From the NCBI RefSeq assembly GCF_032062105.1, contig NW_026935415.1:1-64000 (forward strand): DNA of 64,000 nucleotides, read 5' to 3'. This document shows positions 26,401 to 36,774 of this stretch, one piece after another; positions within the stretch are counted from its first letter, which is position 1, and each line of letters begins with the position of its first letter. This DNA comes from Saccostrea cucullata. Lineage: Eukaryota. The position numbers were made by a program, and so were the translations under genes. The notes beneath the pieces were generated by a model. It was not told the DNA's origin and did not search any database. It saw only the letters and a program-made list of their open reading frames with translations.

Positions 26401-29400
26401 CTTTATAATGTAGGGAAAAAATCTCATCATTTACTTGATCATTTTTTAGAATATATCCTTGATAATTTAAGAATAAATGCATTTCCTACTGTTAACGTTA
26501 ATACGTGCTTTCTTATTTCATTACTTTTCTTTAATCTTGTATGATATTATTTACATAAAAATTTTAAGTAACAAGTTTGTTGAACTATGATCCTTTAGAA
26601 AATTAAAAGAGCATTTAAATAGCTTTTGATAGCTATGTGTTTATCATGATCAGTGTTAATAAATTGATTTGATGAAAAACAACAAAATAAAGAAACAATC
26701 ATTATACTTTTATCTTAAAGCTCATTTGAGAATTGAGAGACATGAAATGTCATGTTTTTAATTTTTAAAGAAAAAAAATTATGAAAAAAATATATACCTG
26801 TACGAGGGCTGTTCAATAGATAAAGTACCCGGTGCTCGAAAAGAAGCAAAAGACGCTTTAAACTGATTTAGTCTTCATGGTTTAACTTCTTAATCTCTTT
26901 TAATTAAAACAAATGTCTGTAACATTTTTATCCAATTTCTGATTGTCTTAGAACTCATTTTTGGGCATGCCCCTTAGTATACTGGGAAATGCCAGATCCA
27001 ATTATTTCCTGGACTTGTTTCTTACCTCTGAAAAGTGTTGTTTTTTAATTTTGGAAATAGAAACAAGTCAAAAGGTCAAAGATATGGCGAATATTGTTAA
27101 CGTGAAAAAATATTAACTTTCTGTTTCTGATTTTCCCGAAAACCTCTTTACTCTTCAGGGCGTGTGGGTTGTGGCTGTCATGAGGAAATTAAATGTAGTG
27201 GATTCCTGATTCTGGATCCTTCCTCTAAAATTTTTTTCTTTTTTTTTGCCAAAAATTTGCTTTCTAGACTCCTCCAAAAAATGTCTCCCTGAATTCGAGT
27301 TTGAACATCCATACCACTAATTGAATATCAATCTGTCTTTGTGCTCTTGCAATTCTTTGTTCTTGTCAGACCTTCGCTTTTTTAGGTCACCTGAGTTACT
27401 CAGGTGACCTATTGCTATCCGTTTTAGTCCGTTGTCGTGCGTCGTGTGTTGTGTGTCGTGCGGCGTGTGTTAACATTTGAACATTTTCAGCTTCTTTTCT
27501 GAAACCGCTGTACCAATTTCAACCAATTTTGGAACAAAGCATTTATGGGTAATGGGGAACACAAATCATGAATTTCATGGTCCCCGCCCCCCTGGGGCCT
27601 GAGGGGTGGGGCCAAACCACAAAAATTAGTGCAATCTTTAAAAATTTTCTTCTATACTACTGGACATCAAGCAGGCAAACTGTTGGCATGAATATAATGA
27701 GCATTGAGTCCTCTACAAAAATTGTGAAATTCATGGCCCGAAGGTCAGGGGTTCTAGTGCTAGGGTAGGGCTCTATTGATCATATAGTGAAAATGTATGA
27801 TTTCTTTGAAAATCTTTTTTCTCTGCTCCTAGGTATTAAATAAACTAACCAAGCACATAGTTATGAGTGCCTCTTCCAAAAGTTTGAATTTTATGACCCC
27901 AGGGTCAGAGGTTCTGGTGTTAGGGTGGGGCTCGACTGGTTATATAGTGAAAATGCATTTATTCTTTGAAAATATTCTTCTCTACTTCTATATTAAATAA
28001 ACTAACTAAGTACATAGTTATAATGAGCACCTCTTTCAAAATTGTGAATTTTTTGGCCCCAGGTTTAGGTGTTCTGGTGTTAGGTTGGGGCCCTATTGAA
28101 TATATGGTGAAAATGCATTAATTCTTTGAAAATCTTTTCTGCTCCTGGGTATAAAATAAACTAGTCAAGCACATAGTTATGTTGATGAAGAGTGCCTCTT
28201 CCAAAGTTTTGAATTTTATGGCCCCAGGGTCAGGGTTCTGGTGTTAGGGTGGGGCTGTATTGATCATATAGTGAAAATGCGCTAATTCTTTAAAAATCTC
28301 TGCTCCTGAGTATTAAATAAACTTAGTACATACTTATTATGAGTAAGAGTGCCTCTTCCCAAATTGTGAATTTTATGGCCCAAGGGTCATGGGTTCTGGT
28401 GTTAGGACGGGGCTCTTCTGATTATGTAGTGAAAATACATTAATTCTTTGAAAATCTTTCCTTTGCTCCTGGGTATTTTGCCCATGATCCAAGTATATAT
28501 ATTTATAATGAAGAAAGGTGCATCTAGCAAAACGGTTATTTTTTATGCCCCCTCCCTGGGTTGAGGTGAATGGGGGGGGGCTACAAAGTCTGAAAATAAA
28601 TTAATGCTTTGAAATCTGCTCTTTGGTATTAATCAACAATTTTATGATAAAATTTGCAAAATTTTGAAATATATGGCCCCAGGATAAATGGTTCCTTTGG
28701 GATGAGGTACACAACTGGTTATAAAGTGGAAGTGCATTTTCTATTAATGTTACTCTGATCTACTTATGGGTATTAAGTAAACAGAGTAAGCATGCTAAAT
28801 CTATAATTATGATAAACAATGGTGCCTCTTTCAAAATTGTGAATTGCGAATTTCATGGCCTCTGGTTTAAACAAATTTAATTGTTTGAAAGTTGTTGCGC
28901 TTTTGGAGTTTAAAAAGAGAAATAACAAATTTTCCATCTGTACTCAGGTGACCTATAAGGCCCGTGGGCCTCTTGTTATCAAATACATCCTATGATAAAT
29001 TTTATTTTGAGGATTTTAAGCAATAGATTCAAGTTCCATTATCTGTTTTGAATATCAAGCAAACATGGATACATGTAACTATAATTACTGATATTTTAAA
29101 ATAATTGTTAAGATCAATCAATCTTATATGCTGTCGTTTTCACTCATTTTTCAAAATATAGGGTGACCTTTGAGTATTGAGTTTTTACTGTCAAACTTTT
29201 CATAAAAACAGTGTAAACTACTCCCAAAATGATGTCTATCAAATTTGCTATGTGTCTTAAAGTCAATTATACATCAAATATTATTTGTTGAAATTTGGCA
29301 AACAGTACATAAGTTGTCATAATATTTGTTGGCAAGGACGGTACATGTAACCATTTTTGATGCCCATTATATATTTTTTTGTCATTGAAATCCACCTGGT

Positions 29401-29932
29401 CAATTGTCAATAAAACAGGCATTGGTTGCTGTAAATGTTACATATTCCAGTGAATATTTCTTTGGGATTTTTTTTACAAGTTTTACAGCAGCTTTAATGA
29501 AGCTTTTATTTTCACTTTAGTTTACTGATTCTTTACCATACATTATAATGCAGTGTCTTGAATAACCCTTGTTTTTCATCTTCTCATTTTGAAACTATGT
29601 GATGAACAGTGGTCACATAAACTGTTTTAAATTCATTAAAGATTCAATAATGAGAGAAAGTCAAATCTTAATGCCATATGATATCTGTTTTTTATGTCAT
29701 ACAGTTCAGGACATTATCTATTGAACAGCCCTCGTATATCGCACTTTTGGGTCTTACATTTATGACAATTTCAATTAATTTGTTTGTGGAAAGTTTTATA
29801 TAAAAAAAAGAAATTGTATTTTTGAATTCCGATACATATTTTCATTATTTTTATCAAGGCGAATACATGATAACCCTTTACATTGCGATTGCGAGTTGCT
29901 GAGCCTAGTCGATTTCATCAAATCTGGACGTA

Positions 29933-29973
<41 letters not shown>

Positions 29974-30193
29974 AAAACTTTCAACCAAACACATTTGTTC
30001 ATTTCTCGAAGAACAGAAAACACAATGCTCTACTCCTGCAAAATTAACTGGAACTCAACTGGCCAGTCTGTCAGCTTCAGCCCTGGGATGTCCCGAAAAG
30101 GAAACCAATAGTTCACCTTTAGGAGGAGGAAACATATTAGTTGTTACACTCTTGTCTTTATGTTTGCTTGTTAAAACCATCGTTGAGTTTTAG
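5277..30193 (+). CDS. Multi-exon extracellular LRR protein: signal peptide, LRRNT, 19-21 x 24-aa LRR, LRRCT, stalk, probable GPI signal; this allele has two frameshifting lesions near the 3' end
   Basis: Exon 1 is 5277-5455. Intact 72-nt AG..GT phase-2 LRR exons: 5889-5960, 6564-6635, 6824-6895, 7668-7739, 7991-8062, 8966-9037, 9893-9964, 14033-14104, 16007-16078, 16705-16776, 17032-17103, 18439-18510, 19002-19073, 20313-20384, 20680-20751, 20892-20963, 21093-21164, 22635-22706, 23291-23362. Each translates to xLxxNxIxxIxxxxFxxLxxLxxL (e.g. YLYDNSIQTIEVNAFRDLTNLWNL). Also a 51-nt exon (17641-17691), a 71-nt frameshifted exon (26273-26343) and the LRRCT exon from 29859. Confidence 0.9.
6936..7033. 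mobile_element. 98-bp foldback MITE with 10-bp TSD (Mutator-like)
   Basis: Near-perfect palindrome centred on CACTCTGC|GCAGAGTG; exact TSD CAGATATGTT at 6926-6935 and 7034-7043. Confidence 0.8.
7322..7497. mobile_element. Degraded TA-flanked MITE (Tc1/mariner-like)
   Basis: TACAGT...ACTGTA ends with imperfect inverted repeats. Confidence 0.4.
10909..11995. mobile_element. Non-autonomous mariner-like element
   Basis: 28-bp TIR CGAGGGTTGATCCAAAAGTAATGTCACA / TGTGACATTACTTTTGGATCAACCCTCA with TA on both sides. Confidence 0.85.
16230..16441. mobile_element. Degraded TA-flanked MITE
   Basis: Imperfect TIRs TACTCTAAAATCACA / TGTGATTTCACAGTA; internal TTTCGTGG subrepeats. Confidence 0.45.
17641..17691 (+). 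CDS. Shortened 51-nt, frame-preserving LRR exon
   Basis: TTCTTTCAG acceptor; encodes HILKNSTFVGLSNLTTL; TT|GTAAG donor. Only the 3' part matches the other LRR exons. Confidence 0.5.
19430..20247 (+). mobile_element. Two adjacent Helentron/HINE-like non-autonomous elements
   Basis: 5' subterminal palindromes followed by (GTCY)n microsatellites and TGACCTT motifs. The 3' end GTGTGGGTATTACAGTCTCATGACAGCATC has an inverse copy at ~63888-63920. Confidence 0.55.
21715..21950 (-). mobile_element. tRNA-derived SINE (degraded)
   Basis: Reverse B-box GATTCGAACC at ~21922; body similar to 33740-33920 and 53380-53670. Confidence 0.6.
23595..23975. mobile_element. TTAA-flanked MITE (Kolobok-like)
   Basis: TTAA-GAACCCTCTCTACAC ... 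GTGTAGAGAGGGTCC-TTAA. Confidence 0.7.
23908..25165. repeat. Nested local direct duplication X-Y-Z-Y'-X'
   Basis: Y 24123-24280 matches Y' 24785-24942 (identical by eye); X 23908-24123 resembles X' 24942-25165 (diverged). Confidence 0.8.
25421..26180. mobile_element. TIR element containing a foldback (~25508-25758) and a decayed 160-bp Crypton-type hairpin element (25767-26145)
   Basis: TIR CTTGGAAAATGAAATAGACTTGG(C)AAATATTAG with its inverse at 26148-26180; imperfect palindrome TAAGGAAT...TCTTA at 25767-25926. Confidence 0.6.
26273..26343 (+). pseudogene. Frameshifted (71-nt) last LRR exon
   Basis: Good acceptor and donor but 1 nt short. Reads YLNNNNIVQLEATL* (TAA 26316-26318); restoring one A gives YLNNNNISTIGSNTVNSWTSLYKL. 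Confidence 0.75.
26803..29734. mobile_element. Decayed mariner-like element carrying a nested HINE
   Basis: TA-CGAGGGCTGTTCAATAGATAA ... TTATCTATTGAACAGCCCTCG-TA. Confidence 0.85.
27382..28977 (+). mobile_element. Helentron-associated non-autonomous element (HINE) with ~160-bp satellite-like tandem array
   Basis: 5' palindrome AGGTCACCTGAG-TTA-CTCAGGTGACCT, (GTCGT/GTGT)n microsatellite, roughly 8 units starting AAATTGTGAATTT(C/T)ATGGCCCC, and 3' CAGGTGACC plus hairpin AGGCCC-GT-GGGCCT-CTTGTT. Confidence 0.85.
29859..30193 (+). CDS. LRR gene terminal exon: LRRCT + stalk + hydrophobic C-terminus, interrupted by a ~64-nt repeat-derived insertion
   Basis: Phase-2 acceptor AG at 29857-29858. Reads RIHDNPLHCDCELLSLVDFIKSGRI [29935-29998] SFLEEQKTQCSTPAKLTGTQLASLSASALGCPEKETNSSPLGGGNILVVTLLSLCLLVKTIVEF* (TAG 30191-30193), matching the LRRCT pattern NP-x2-CDC...C-x2-P-x2-L-x-G-x2-L...C. 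Confidence 0.85.
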
Positions 30194-32689
30194 AAATACA
30201 ATAACTCTTTTTTTGTATTGTCACATTAGGTAAGATGTAAAAATGTCTTGAAATTGACTCTACACTTAATTGTAAAAAGTTTTTTTTGTTTTACCTTTAG
30301 AAATTGCATCCTATACATAATTCTATACTAAAAAGGTCTAACATTCCAATGTTTTACTGAGCGGTTATAACAAAATTCTATGTTTGATCGCAGACTGAGA
30401 TGTTAGATCTATCGATGAGATGTTGGACCTCTTACGTCACAGACAGGGCGGAGTCAGAGCTCTATATTTTGTTGAAGTTCGACAGAACTGAAGTGCGGGT
30501 TCACTATATTTACATTATAATCTGTCAAAAGTAAAAGGTAAAACGAAACATTTATTGACTGTGTTATCGAGCAAGATGCGTTTTGTCGACTTTTTAATCA
30601 AACTGTTTGGTCCGACAAAACGCAGGTTGCTCTTGACCACAGTCAATAAATGTATAATATTAAGTATATCGATAATTTTTGGAAACAACATACTAAGTGA
30701 TATAGCAAATGTAGCTTTTAGATTTTTACATTCCCTTGATTACTTAATATCTAAAACATATATTAACCAATATAGTCCTTCATACAGCAAATTCATTTAT
30801 TTATCCTTCTTTGTAAAAATAATCCATAATTCGAGATGATTTAGGGCTTGAGTAACTTATAGATTAATTCAAAGCTTGTGTCCATATATAAATATCTGAG
30901 CTAAAAAGATAGATGTATTGAAGGAAAATCTGTTTTTTTTCTTTTCACCAATGCAATTTTAAATACTTGGTTCTAGTATCATAACTGTTAATTTGGTATG
31001 AATACGGTTTGATATAAGGTTCATGGACATATAAGTATTATTGATACAAGTAAAACAATGTAAATTAGTTATGTGTGAAGAACAAGATGCATTAATAGCT
31101 TGTTAAGAATATCTAAAATATATCGACAATCGTCTATTTGAAATTTAGGGACATTGTAATAAATTGAACATAAAAATATCTTCATGTAAATGTATCATAC
31201 ATGTACAATGTAATTGTTATAATTATGTTGTCAGCAATATAAATGACATATGAAATGTCCATCAATTAGAATCACCAGCTTCTTTGAAGGAAACATCTTT
31301 TCATTTGTTACACAGTAATGTAGGATATCATTGCCGTGACAGAACCTTGCAAAATGATGGGAGAAGTATTTTAAACTGGCCTGGTCTCGAACATGATTTC
31401 ACGGAAAAAAGGAAAAAAAAAACTTTCCAGAATTTTTTCGTCCTATGACGCACACAATCAATGTGTTTTGTGCCGAATAAAGTGTTCGATTAATTCTAAC
31501 AACAACAACAACAACAAAACAAAAATAAGACACTGTGACATTTTTTTTATATCTAATAAACTATCAATATATTAAAATAATATTGATATCATATTATTGT
31601 GTATTTTCTGTAATCTTCGGTCATTATATTATCTATTAAACATACACTGACACTTGGCGAGTTGTTTCCTTCCTTTAAATCTAGGATACCCGAGGCTCCC
31701 CCATTTTCTTTTTTAAATTGAATGTAATTTTTAAAATTGAGTGTAATTTTCCTCAAATATTTGAATTGATAAAGAAGAAGGACATTGATTTTAAAAAAAT
31801 AATTGTCATTTATTTTTTCATCCTTAAATATTACCAACTAAATATGTCCTTTATTTTTTAAAGCAGTTATAAAATTGGGTTTTTAATTTTTTTAGTGACA
31901 ATACCATGCCATAGAGTGACTAAGCGGAGCTTTTATTCTTCGTGTTTAAGACCCCTTTTTTCTTTCCAGAATGGAAATGTTTAAGCAAAGATTAAAAAAT
32001 TATGTATGAAAACATGTATATTTTAAAATATTTTAAAATTTGAATAGAGTTTACAAAAAGTACAAGATAAGGGAAGACCCCTGGTTTTGGGTGTCGTTTC
32101 GAATGATGCAATTATTTATCTATTGAAAAACAACTTCGGTACCCAGAGGTCACAGGAAGATCAGAAAATATGTCAATTTCCGAATTTTCTCATTTTCTGC
32201 AAATTTCCTTCGATTTCATGGCACATTTTGTTTCAGAAAAAAAAATACAGCAAAGGCTTGTTTATCTACCAAATTAATATATTACATACACTACAACTAG
32301 ATGCATCTTGTGTGTAAAAATTTCAGATAGGCAAGTTTGTTATCTATGTTTCCCCAAGTGAAAAGAATCTCAAATTGACAAAATTTTAGAATTGAGGAAA
32401 TTCGAGAAAATGCCCCACTTCTGCGTCCTCTCGTGACCTTTCTGTAAGCGTTGATTCAAGATTAGTGCTGTTTTCAAAACAAGCATTATTTTCAGTTCTT
32501 AACTACAAATTATCACAGTTTTAACTGTGTTCTGAATCTTACATCAAATAAAGGGCCATATTTGGTCGCTACGGAATCATATCCTTTAAAATGCAACTTT
32601 CATTTTTCACACAGGACCTAGAAAAAAAATTGCGTACTTTTCAAGACTTTACTTAATCATAAAAAAATTCATTGGAAAAATTGTTATCA

Positions 32690-32935
32690 CTCAACAGTGG
32701 TAAAAATTTACATTGAAAGGTCGTGAGTTCGAATCCTGGGCCCTGACTGACTTAGGTCGATAGAATAAAAGGCAGCAACTGTTCCTTTTCCATGCGCTCG
32801 GCACTTTGAAGTGAAGGTTGATGGTCCTTTCGATGAGACGTAAAAATTTGAAACCCTTGTCTCGACAGGCTTTGGCACCATAAAGAACCCTCACTGCTTA
32901 AAGGCTCTGAGTGCCGAATAAAAGCCAAAACTTGA
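32690..32935 (+). mobile_element. tRNA-derived SINE (degraded)
   Basis: A-box-like CAGTGGTAA and B-box GAGTTCGAATCC followed by a SINE-like body. Confidence 0.5.
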
Positions 32936-33739
32936 AACTGAATAATATACTGCTTTTCCTTTCTAACACACCCTATCCCGGGGGAGGGGGGTCATTATTT
33001 GAATAAGCTTTATCAAATATGTACTTTAAGGATTCTTCTTAACAACCTGAAAAAAAAATTCTAGAGAGTTTTCTGTGCATCCCTATAAAAAACCTTGATC
33101 TGCTGGTGTGGCAAAACCTACCCTTTATTTTAATGAATTGACCCAACTTGGTATAAATAATATAAGGATGTGATTGATAATGACTTTGCTGTTTGTGAGA
33201 AGAAGATATTTACATAGTTCTTTTATGCCCCCATAATCAAAGATTCGGAGGTTTAATGCTTTTACCATGTCCGTCCGTCTTACAGTGTCTTTTTGTTCGA
33301 TACACTTTAACGCTGCCCATAACTTTTGACTGAGTGGGGCTATGACTTTCAGGTTTCACAAGTGTATTTCTTCTGACAAAACCTTTCTTTGGGTTTCACC
33401 AAATTTGATCTTTTGGCTCAAACGTGGAGTTTGACACACTTTTAAACAAAATACCAAACTTTTACTCGGGCGATAATTTTTGACCGCTTAATGCTTGGAC
33501 TTTCATACTTCACAAACGTATTTTTTTATATAAGACCTTCAATTTGATACCAACTACTTGACCTTTTAACCTTGACTGTAGATATTGACCATCTTTTATA
33601 TAAAAGGACTCTAACATTGTAGATAACTAAAAGTTAGGGAACTTTTTACTTCATATACGTACTCCTCGTTAATACATTTCTTAGGATAGCAACACTTTTG
33701 GTCCATTGACCCTGACTTAAGAGTTTCACCTACTTGATC

Positions 33740-33920
33740 GGATGAGACCGTACAAACCGAGGTCCCGTGTCGCAGTGGGTGCTGGCACGAAAAAGATCCC
33801 TCCGTGCTCAATGGCCCAGAGTGCTGAGTAAAGGACAAACTTTGAAGCCCCGGAAAGTGGTGGCGTCTCCATTTAATTAAAAAATTCTCAAGAAGGACGT
33901 TAAAACAACACACGAACAAA
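33740..33920 (+). mobile_element. SINE 3' part
   Basis: Same-family copy in opposite orientation to 21715-21950 and 53380-53670; ends GGACGTTAAAACAACA...AAAC. Confidence 0.6.
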
Positions 33921-33996
33921 CGGTACCGCCTTAAGGTATTCCTGGATAATTTCAGAAAGCATGATTGTGTCGGGGAGACATGTCAGTTAAGTTTTT

Positions 33997-36774
33997 CACC
34001 CATTCTCAATATAAGGGCTCAAATAATGTCGCCTCGTTTTCATTTAGAAGAAATACCACTGATGTAATTTTTAAATCAACATCATAAATAGTCATATAAC
34101 AATGAATAAGAATTCATATAATTATCGATCTGAAAGGGTATTTAAGGAGTTCCAAATTCAAATATAGTAGCCTATTTGAAATGTACGTTACTGTCGCCGA
34201 GGCAAATATTATGCTGAATCCCCTCTGTGTAATATATAGTTTTGTTTCTCAAGTAAAAATTTTCTGATAAGTTAAACCCTGTATCATATATATTTCTTTT
34301 CATAACAATAAATACATTTTCTTTGTGATAATAAATAATTTTTATTGTGCAATGTCCCTGTCGCTTAATTCTATTTCAACCACATTACAAGCAAACACAA
34401 AGATTATACACCTGATAGTTTTGTTCTCCTTTATTTAATGATGGGCTAAGTTTGAAATTTCAAAGGATTAATTACTCCTACTCAGATAATGTAACATGAA
34501 ATTGAACAATTTGAGCAACTTTTATAATATATGTTTACGGAATGAAAGACATTTTCAATCGTAGAGATAAGAAAAAAATGTACGTTACCTATATTCTTCG
34601 ATTAAGAATATATATTAAGTAGAAAATATGAGACGACTCTGAATAAGCAACCCCTTGTATCCTATAAACTGGCAAAGACGTTTTGCTTAACACAATTAAA
34701 AATTATTTTTTACATGAAAAGTGATCATTTGAAATGTACGTTACCATGAAATTCAAATTAAGTTAATCTTGCACGAATTTTCATGTATTCTCATACTTTC
34801 ACACATTCGAATGTGTACACAAAGGAAAGTTTCAAAGGTTGGAGGTCGGCTAAATCCCAAAATTAATGAAAAGAAACGTTTCTGCTGAGGAAAAAAAATA
34901 TATTAAGGTCAATTATATGTAATATAATTTTGATACCTGGTATATATTTCTGAATACGAAACCTGTATGATGCATTTCTTATGATATGCAAGTTCAAATA
35001 GTATCAATATATTGCGTGTCTAAAGTACGCTTGTGCAAGAGAATTGATTTTTATATTTGAAATGTACGTTACGTATGGTAACATACATTTTGCAGATTTC
35101 TAACTGACATTTTTTTTATTTAGTCAATGAATTGCGTTTACAAAATTAAAAAAAAAAAACAAAATTATCGTTACAATCCATTTGACAACTGACCACATAA
35201 ATCCATCTAAATGCACCCCCTATCCTCGTAAATGTGGTAGACTGTTACCCCATGCTAGGAAATTTATTTCTAAGTGTCTTAAATTCATCTTTGACAACCT
35301 TTTTGCAGTTTGCTAACTTTTAATATGCGACTTTTCGTCAATATTAATTTAATTGATGTTGATAATTTAAAACAAGGTATGCATAGGCTTATAATTGGTA
35401 GAAAAAAAAAACAAAACAAAAGAAAAAGAAACAAAACAAATAAACCCAGAACACAAGACGGTCACGTACATTTCAAATACTGAAAGGCACACAATACTCA
35501 GTTTTGTTTGAATCTTTGCATTTTGGGATATATTTTTCCAGATCTGCTGAAAAGCACGTATGTTTGTGTTTTGACAAACGATGTTGCAACAAACTAAATG
35601 AAATTGTTAACAAGACTATCAATGGATATATTCGGAATAGATTTATGTTAAGTTTCAATGGCCAAATACGAGCATTTGTTAGATCATAGCAAAATACGTC
35701 TGACACTTATTTTTTTTTTGTCTGTACCCTTGCACACAGGTAGAAGTAACTAGGCTACGACTGGTGTCAATTTCAGCGAAACAGCATAAAAGAATGATTG
35801 AACTGAGGTGAAAGGGACTCCCCAATAATATGTGAAATGAACGTTACCGATGTGACGTGACATTCATGTAGTTGATGACAAATAACCTCGTTTGTTACAT
35901 TATGATATCTTATATTACTGCGTTAAAACGCTTCATTGAAATGATTTTTATGTCAAAAATTGCTTTTTTTTCAATATTGTCTTATTACTAATTTACATAT
36001 TATTACAGGCTTGAAATGTACGTTACCTACTCATATTCTGAAGCAATCGTGTCTTTATAGTGGTGATTGTGACATTTAACACAATGTGATTACATAGAGA
36101 ATCTTTTTTGGAATAAACTGAAACAAAACGATGAATTTTATATGAATTTTAAGCTTTTTATGAAACGGAAATATATCTTGAAATGTACGTTACATTTACG
36201 TAGTTTTCTAAATCGGCATGGATATATGTTAAAAAAGACAGTAACTACAAAATAGAATTTTACTACATGTACATGTTAAGTTCCAGTATCTACAGAAAAT
36301 ATAAAGATTCCAAACTGATCGTTCTAAACAAAACAGAGAGAAGAATTTAAAGCATATATTTAAAAAAATGTTTTTATATATCTGGATCAAAAAGTAACCT
36401 TTGTTTTTTGAAAGGAAAAATCAAACGCACGTTCGTATGCCGAGAAAATATGTTGCTGACAGAGTTGGTAGGATGTGCTGGTGTTAAGATGAGATATTCC
36501 AATTGTGATTTTAATAACTACATTTTTTTGACATTTTTTTTTTGGACATTGAAGAAAGAGTAACGTACATTTCAAGCTACATTTCTGAATAAAAACACCC
36601 TCTACTTTACCGTCTTGTCATTATTCCATGTATAAATATTTGATGAAAAAAAATTTGGAAACAAAATCTTCAGATACTTTCTTTTAAAGGTAATTGATAG
36701 AAAAATTGTTATCTTGAACTTCATTTTTTAAAAAAATCAGAGAGGCATTTGTGCCCTTATATTGAGAATGGGTG
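33997..36774. mobile_element. Non-autonomous TIR transposon (CAC termini, EnSpm/CACTA-like) with dispersed 17-bp internal motif
   Basis: 22-bp TIR CACCCATTCTCAATATAAGGGC / GCCCTTATATTGAGAATGGGTG within T-runs; motif TTTGAAATGTACGTTAC repeated about 9 times. Confidence 0.75.

Noticed and set aside
5277-30193. True VLR orthologue or Toll-like receptor
   Set aside because: No TIR or cytoplasmic domain seen; cassettes are spliceable exons within the gene rather than flanking gene-conversion donors, so the resemblance to VLR is architectural only.
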